Below, one piece after another: positions 58,390 through 64,000 of a DNA stretch of 64,000 nucleotides. The DNA comes from a virus. Taxonomy: Duplodnaviria; Caudoviricetes. The stretch spans positions 14,964-78,963 of the IMG/VR virus record IMGVR_UViG_3300037067_027649, one strand, 5' to 3'. A model generated the notes under the pieces. That model had not been told where the DNA came from. It was given only the letters and a program-made list of their open reading frames with translations, and searched no databases. A program made the position numbers and the translations under genes. The stretch's first letter is position 1. Each line of letters starts with the position of its first letter.

Positions 58390-58397
58390 TTTAATGA

Positions 58398-59231
58398 TTA
58401 TTTTAAAAGATTTAAGGTATATCCAGAAAAATATTTTAAATAATCTGAACAACGAGTACCATTACCATCTTTTCTATCTTTTTTTCCATTTGAATCTAAA
58501 AAATTTTTAATACTTTTTTGACCAACTAAATGTGCTGCAGCTAATATACCTGATTCAGTTATTTCAATACCATTAATAGTTTGTCCAATATATTTATAAT
58601 AATTTTTTAAATATGTTTTATTTTTCTTTAATAATTTTATAACATCTTGATTTTGTTCTATTTCTGGATATATATTAGGATTTTTTTGAAAATCATCATG
58701 TTTAATTTCATCTTTTCCGATATCTTTAAATGCATATTTACCTAATTGATATTGACCAATATAACCTTTTTTTGATATTTTCCAATTATTTCTTGACTCT
58801 CTATATGATAATTTTTCTAAAAAATCTACAGTTTCATCTTCTAATAAATCCATAGTGTTAAAAAATATACTATTTTCTCCAATATCCATAATACCCATAT
58901 CAAATAATTTATTTACATATTGTGCAACATATTTTTCTAATTGAAGATGATTTTTTATTTCAGATGATGAAATTTTTGATGATGCTAAAAATAATAAAAT
59001 TAATATTAATTTTTTCCCAATATTAGAATTAAATTTATAAAATTTAGGTATATATTTATTTAAAAATGATAATATTGATTTTTTATCTTTTAATTTATTA
59101 AATAAATTTATTAATTTAGCTTTTAATAAAACAAAATTATTAGAATTAAATTCTAATAAGGAATCAAATTCATCATAAACATTATTTAAATCTTCTACTA
59201 AAAAATCATTATACTTTTTGATGTGTTTCAT
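58398..59231 (-). CDS. lysozyme-like / lytic transglycosylase protein with leader
   Basis: L..RES...W......Y.G.YQ.G, ITESG.LAAAHL.G. Confidence 0.75.
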   Translation of the reverse strand: MKHIKKYNDFLVEDLNNVYDEFDSLLEFNSNNFVLLKAKLINLFNKLKDKKSILSFLNKYIPKFYKFNSNIGKKLILILLFLASSKISSSEIKNHLQLEKYVAQYVNKLFDMGIMDIGENSIFFNTMDLLEDETVDFLEKLSYRESRNNWKISKKGYIGQYQLGKYAFKDIGKDEIKHDDFQKNPNIYPEIEQNQDVIKLLKKNKTYLKNYYKYIGQTINGIEITESGILAAAHLVGQKSIKNFLDSNGKKDRKDGNGTRCSDYLKYFSGYTLNLLK

Positions 59232-59293
59232 ATTATCTATATATTATTATTAAAAATTTAAAATTTAATATATAAATAAAAACTTCATTTTTT

Positions 59294-60058
59294 ATGATAA
59301 AATCTTATAATAAATTTAAAAAAACGAAAGAAAATAATATTACAACATATGCTATATTAATAGAAGATTTAGAAAATTTATATAAACATTTTCATATTTC
59401 TTTACAATATATTATTGATGATGAAAAAAATAAAAAAATGACTTTTAGAATAAGAATTCCATCTGAACCATATAAAGATTATGATGGTAATATTATAGAA
59501 GATGATTTTACTAAAAGAATTTCTTTATCTGATAGTGTTAAAAAATGTTTATTAGCTTTACCTAATGATGTTAATAATGGTATGTTATATTTATATGGTA
59601 TAGATTTAAAAAAAGATAATTCTGATGATATTGAAACTATAAGTTTGAAAAAAATGATAAACAAATGTCCAGTTATTAAAGGAAAAAAATATGGTGAAGA
59701 TTTTAAATTATTTGATTGGTTAGATTCTTTATCTAAAGAAGATTATGAAAATATTAAAAAATTTACATATGAAGATATGACAAATGATTTACCTGATATA
59801 AAAAATGAAGTTAGTTACGATGAATTTGAAATGAAAGATTTTATAATAACACCATCAGATTTACCAAATAAATATAGGAAAATGTTTTTTGCTTGTGTTC
59901 CAGATGCTGATAAAACAAACGAGTTTTGGTCATTAAATAATTTAAAAATGGATTATTTGGGTATTATTTATGATATAAATGATAAATATGTTTATCTTAA
60001 AGTTGAAAATGATAATGATATACCAGCAGTTATTAAAAATCTAATTAAATCTAATTAA
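59294..60058 (+). CDS. putative ART-fold protein
   Basis: RIP......ED..T.RIS.S.S...CL.A...VPDA..T.E.W. Confidence 0.45.
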   Translation: MIKSYNKFKKTKENNITTYAILIEDLENLYKHFHISLQYIIDDEKNKKMTFRIRIPSEPYKDYDGNIIEDDFTKRISLSDSVKKCLLALPNDVNNGMLYLYGIDLKKDNSDDIETISLKKMINKCPVIKGKKYGEDFKLFDWLDSLSKEDYENIKKFTYEDMTNDLPDIKNEVSYDEFEMKDFIITPSDLPNKYRKMFFACVPDADKTNEFWSLNNLKMDYLGIIYDINDKYVYLKVENDNDIPAVIKNLIKSN

Positions 60059-61910
60059 TTCTTTCTTCAATAGATATAATTTTATTATTAACAGCATCAT
60101 AATTTATGTTTGCTTTATCGTATTTTTTATATTGTTTAACAAGTCTATTAAAACAATATCCACACATATGTATTCCTATTTTAAACCCATTTTGATATGA
60201 TAATGATACATTATCTTGCATCATAGCTAAAGGATTTACATTATCAAGAATTGAATTTCCATGATACGGAATTAAAACACTACTTTTATATAACTTAAAC
60301 CAATCTGGTATTTCTTCCCATTTCATACCAAACATTAATTGAACTTGCTTTGCACTATCAAAAGATAATATAATATTTTTACTCTCAGTGTGATTATTAC
60401 AAATTTTACAATTACCTTTTCTAATTGGATATTTTATATCATAATCTCTTATTGATAATGTTGAATATTTAAAATGTTCATCATTTCTAAATATTCTAAT
60501 AGTTTTAGTATTATTATCAGAACCAAATTTGGAAATATTATCATGAATTATAATAACTACTTCATTTGCAATAAAAGCATATTGAAATATATTGTTAATA
60601 TAAGGTGATAATATATTTGAAAAATCATTATGTAATTTATCTTTTTGTTTATAATCTTGTGAATATAATTTATCGAGTTTTTCTTCATATTCATTTCTAA
60701 TTTTATCATTAGCTATCCAATTATTTAAATTTTGTAATGATTCTGGTGTAGCTAACCATTCAGGATCATAGTGTTCAGATTTTAGTACAACATCTTTATT
60801 AATAATAGCTAATTCTTTTGAGTTTTCATTTAGAAAACTTTCTATTTCATTTATTCTTTCTTCAACACCATCAAATCTATTATTGGAAAAATTATTTTCT
60901 TTTCTAATATCTTCACCTGATGGTAAAGACAAAACAACATCTTCATATGATGCTATTTTTTGAATATTTTCGTTATTTAAAGTGTTAACAACATGTGCTG
61001 CTAATTGATTCATAAAAGCTTTATGATAAACATGTAAATCTACCATTTTTAAAACATGTAGTTCAAAACCTGCATTTGGAACAGGTACTTTAGTATCTTG
61101 ACGAATTTTATCAATATTATCTAATATAATATAAGGTAAATCAAGATATTCGAAATATTCTTCTCTTGAACGTGTAGGATTTCTTCTATGATATTTATTA
61201 TTAGGATTTGCAAACATGATTTTATCAGTACCAACCCAAACATTACCTTTATATTGAATAACTAAACAAAAATATGAATATTCAATAATATCTTCTATTT
61301 TTAATATATAAGTAACTTTTATATCATCATTATTTTCTTTTTTTGCATATTTTAAAAAAGAATTTATTGAATCTACAATATATAAATTTTGATTTAATAA
61401 AAATTTAGAGTTCTTTTCAGGAATTGACTTATTTTCAATATGATATGCATAAGTTTTGAATAAATTCTTTTCTAAAGCCATATCAATTCTAGGTAATATA
61501 TCTAAACTACCAAGTTCTTTTTTCAAATCATTACCTTTAAATAACCAAAAATCTTTATATGCATTAACATATTGATCCATTAATATGTTATTGTGGTGAT
61601 TATAATAATCTAAAATATCAGCTATTTTTAATAAATTTGATGATAGGTTTCTTAAATATTCATTATTAACCTTTACTCTTATGCTACTTGCATGTTCAAT
61701 AACAACATCATTTAAAGTTATTAAAGATTCAATTAATTTATTTTCTTCTGCAAGTTTATATACACCAAAAATATCTTTGGAAAAGAAATATTCACCTATT
61801 GGTAATGCTTTTGAATTTTCTTGTTTTAATTTTTCTTCAAAATCAATTCCAAAAATTTTAGAAAATTCTATAACGTAATTTTGTATATTTTCTTTGTTTA
61901 ATTCTTTCAT
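60051..61910 (-). CDS. large hypothetical protein
   Basis: 619 aa; PYHGNSILDNVNP and C..C..H/C..C; TATATTTG at 61928-61935. Confidence 0.75.
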   Translation of the reverse strand: MKELNKENIQNYVIEFSKIFGIDFEEKLKQENSKALPIGEYFFSKDIFGVYKLAEENKLIESLITLNDVVIEHASSIRVKVNNEYLRNLSSNLLKIADILDYYNHHNNILMDQYVNAYKDFWLFKGNDLKKELGSLDILPRIDMALEKNLFKTYAYHIENKSIPEKNSKFLLNQNLYIVDSINSFLKYAKKENNDDIKVTYILKIEDIIEYSYFCLVIQYKGNVWVGTDKIMFANPNNKYHRRNPTRSREEYFEYLDLPYIILDNIDKIRQDTKVPVPNAGFELHVLKMVDLHVYHKAFMNQLAAHVVNTLNNENIQKIASYEDVVLSLPSGEDIRKENNFSNNRFDGVEERINEIESFLNENSKELAIINKDVVLKSEHYDPEWLATPESLQNLNNWIANDKIRNEYEEKLDKLYSQDYKQKDKLHNDFSNILSPYINNIFQYAFIANEVVIIIHDNISKFGSDNNTKTIRIFRNDEHFKYSTLSIRDYDIKYPIRKGNCKICNNHTESKNIILSFDSAKQVQLMFGMKWEEIPDWFKLYKSSVLIPYHGNSILDNVNPLAMMQDNVSLSYQNGFKIGIHMCGYCFNRLVKQYKKYDKANINYDAVNNKIISIEERIN

Positions 61911-61959
61911 ACTACAATAATATAGTACAAATATACTAAAAATAAATTAATTAAAAAAA

Positions 61960-62778
61960 TTATTTGTTGATAAAAGTGTTAAAATCTTTTATTAAATAAC
62001 TTTCATTCTTCTTTTTAGAAAATAACTCAATAAGACTGCTTTCTGCCATTAAAATACAACTACTATCAGTCCAAATTTCATGTTCAACATCTCTCTTATT
62101 ATAATTACCAATTAAAGTGTTATATTCTAACAATTTGAAATTATTTTTATTAGGGTCTGTTATATCAACTAATAATTCATATAAATTATCATATTTATCT
62201 ATATTATCTTGTATATATTTAACAAAATCCCCAACATGAACATTTATATTCATATTATTCTTATTTGTATCAATTAAACTTTTTAAAATTAAATCTTGTT
62301 TATCAAAATCATGATATCGTAAATCATTTGGAATTAAATTAAATATTTTAAAGTTAAATTCATTCATATTATAAAATTCATCAAATGCAATTCTCTTAAT
62401 ATTGTTAAATGAAAACCATATATCAGATTTTTCACAAACACCCCATTTTGAATTATCAAATGGTATTACTCTATAATTTTTTCCATAATTTTTAGATTTT
62501 TTTATATCTAATGTACATATTAAACTTTTTGAACGTTTAGGATAATCTTTCCATAATGGTGAATTATCAATTAGTGTTGTATAAATATTAAATCTCGCAT
62601 TTGCAGATGTTCTTAATCTTTCTGATGGATTAACTAAAACATTATCATAACCTAAATCTGAACCCCTATAAATTGGTAAATCATTATAATCCCAATCTGA
62701 ACATTTATCTTTAATTATATCAAAAGCTTCTTGTTTTTCTAATCCATAAACACCTATTTTATCTAATGATTTTATCAT
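61960..62778 (-). CDS. putative R-S-E ART-fold protein
   Basis: IYRG, R.S.N, YT..IDNSP.W..YPKRS.S.IC, YG..Y.VIPF, HEIWTDS. Confidence 0.55.
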   Translation of the reverse strand: MIKSLDKIGVYGLEKQEAFDIIKDKCSDWDYNDLPIYRGSDLGYDNVLVNPSERLRTSANARFNIYTTLIDNSPLWKDYPKRSKSLICTLDIKKSKNYGKNYRVIPFDNSKWGVCEKSDIWFSFNNIKRIAFDEFYNMNEFNFKIFNLIPNDLRYHDFDKQDLILKSLIDTNKNNMNINVHVGDFVKYIQDNIDKYDNLYELLVDITDPNKNNFKLLEYNTLIGNYNKRDVEHEIWTDSSCILMAESSLIELFSKKKNESYLIKDFNTFINK

Positions 62779-62780
62779 AT

Positions 62781-63587
62781 TTATTTTATAAAATTTTTAA
62801 ATTTTTTTATTTTAAAATTTTCATTTAATGTTGGTATCGAATCTATTAATTTATTAAATAAATCATATTTAATTAATATACATTCACTATCTGTCCAAAT
62901 TTCATTATTAACATAATATTCTTTATAAATATTTAATTTATCATAAGTCATAAGTTCAAATTTGTTTATATCAGGTTTAGTTATATCTATTAATAAATCA
63001 TATAAATTATTATAATCTTTTAATAAATTATATATTGTTTTTTCGAGATTATTAAATTCTATATCTGAATAATTATCAATTATAATGTTTTCATAATTAA
63101 TATTTTTTAAAATATCTAATAGTTCATTTTGATCGGTTGGTAATTTTTCTTTTGATATCATATTACCTATAATAAGATTGAAATCTTCCATATTATAAAA
63201 GTTTAAAACATTTCTTATATAATCAAAAGATACCCAAATATCATTACTACTACAAACACCCCAATTTGAATTGTTAAATGGTATAACAATATAAATATCA
63301 CCATATTGTTCAGATGTATAAAAATTTGTTGAACAAACAATACTTTTTGATCTTTTTGGATATTCTTTCCAATATGGAGAATTATCAATTATAGTCGTAT
63401 ATATGTTATTGGTGTTTTGTGATATTCTTACATAATCTGTTGGTTTAATATATAAATAATCATCGTTATTCAACATACCTCTATATATTGATATACCATT
63501 ACGACTGAAATTATAACATTTTTCAGTTATAATATTAATAGCTTGATTTCTGTCAATAACTTTAGACCTTGTGTTTGTATCTATCAT
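62781..63587 (-). CDS. putative R-S-E ART-fold protein, tandem paralog
   Basis: Same motifs; NEIWTDS. Confidence 0.55.
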   Translation of the reverse strand: MIDTNTRSKVIDRNQAINIITEKCYNFSRNGISIYRGMLNNDDYLYIKPTDYVRISQNTNNIYTTIIDNSPYWKEYPKRSKSIVCSTNFYTSEQYGDIYIVIPFNNSNWGVCSSNDIWVSFDYIRNVLNFYNMEDFNLIIGNMISKEKLPTDQNELLDILKNINYENIIIDNYSDIEFNNLEKTIYNLLKDYNNLYDLLIDITKPDINKFELMTYDKLNIYKEYYVNNEIWTDSECILIKYDLFNKLIDSIPTLNENFKIKKFKNFIK

Positions 63588-64000
63588 TTACAAAAATTTT
63601 TAAATTTTGTTATAATTTTATTTTCATTCACATAATTCTCAGTATATAAATCATTCATTATTAAAATAAGAATATCATCTCTTACTAATATAGCTGTGCT
63701 ATCAGTCCAAACTTCATTATTGGCTATAACGTAATTATTTTTAATTAATTCAGAATATTTGAAATTCTTAAATTTATTTTTTACTGGATCAGTTATATCA
63801 ATTAATAATTCATATAAGTTATCATATTTTTCAATATTATCATAAATATAATCGGAAAAATTGTCAGTATCAGGATATGTTATAATATTATCTTTGTTAG
63901 TATTCTTTAAAGAATTAATTATATTATCTTCAAATAAAAAAGTATGATTAATATATTCATCTGGAATACATTGTATAACTAAATCATTAAACATATTCAT
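63584..64000 (-). CDS. third tandem paralog, 5'-truncated at window edge
   Basis: Matches the C-terminal half of its neighbours (YDNLYELLIDITDP..N.F, NEVWTDS). Confidence 0.65.
   Translation of the reverse strand: MNMFNDLVIQCIPDEYINHTFLFEDNIINSLKNTNKDNIITYPDTDNFSDYIYDNIEKYDNLYELLIDITDPVKNKFKNFKYSELIKNNYVIANNEVWTDSTAILVRDDILILIMNDLYTENYVNENKIITKFKNFCK

Noticed and set aside
6819-61878. Other short overlapping ORFs in the track (6819, 8736, 8873, 8914, 9273, 11738, 12803, 20089, 21899, 22774, 27051, 30385, 31899, 32260, 37842, 37946, 42213, 42283, 46157, 48317, 51646, 56475, 59479, 61681)
   Set aside because: They lie antisense or out of frame within better-supported genes and show low-complexity, motif-free translations.
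1-64000. Stop-codon reassignment as in some huge phages
   Set aside because: Long conserved genes are uninterrupted under code 11, and TAA, TAG and TGA all end genes at sensible positions.
1-64000. tRNA, rRNA, cas or integrase genes
   Set aside because: No cloverleaf/T-loop signatures or corresponding protein motifs were seen by eye; tRNAscan-SE and HMM scans would be needed to exclude them fully.

Overview
Very AT-rich (roughly 20% GC by eye), densely coded segment of a jumbo/huge myovirus with T4-like tail genes; standard genetic code. The host is probably Bacteroidota (TAnnTTTG promoter elements, Bacteroidota-style lipoproteins). Core content: DHFR, NAD-dependent DNA ligase, M23 peptidase, ECF-sigma fusion, DEDDh exonuclease, minimal PolA-like protein, tail sheath/tube/baseplate-hub genes invaded by free-standing endonucleases, DnaK plus J-domain pieces, and about 10 ADP-ribosyltransferase-fold genes. 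Most notable: (1) a 723-bp integron-like attC cassette inserted at a GTT, with a reconstructable empty site, carrying a phage-adapted ART-fold gene; (2) a C-terminal R-x-x-K-[IL]-x-x-[IL] tag on more than 20 small unrelated proteins, including micro-proteins that carry isolated polymerase/helicase motifs; (3) a T4 capsid-targeting-like N-terminal leader on about 20 cargo proteins, with a mirrored C-terminal version; (4) a 313-bp non-autonomous IS200/IS605 element retaining the TnpB omega-RNA end; (5) a DUF932-like/ECF-sigma fusion; (6) a 12-bp tandem repeat in a possible origin. No tRNA, rRNA or CRISPR array was seen. All family assignments are from motif recognition by eye, not from database searches.
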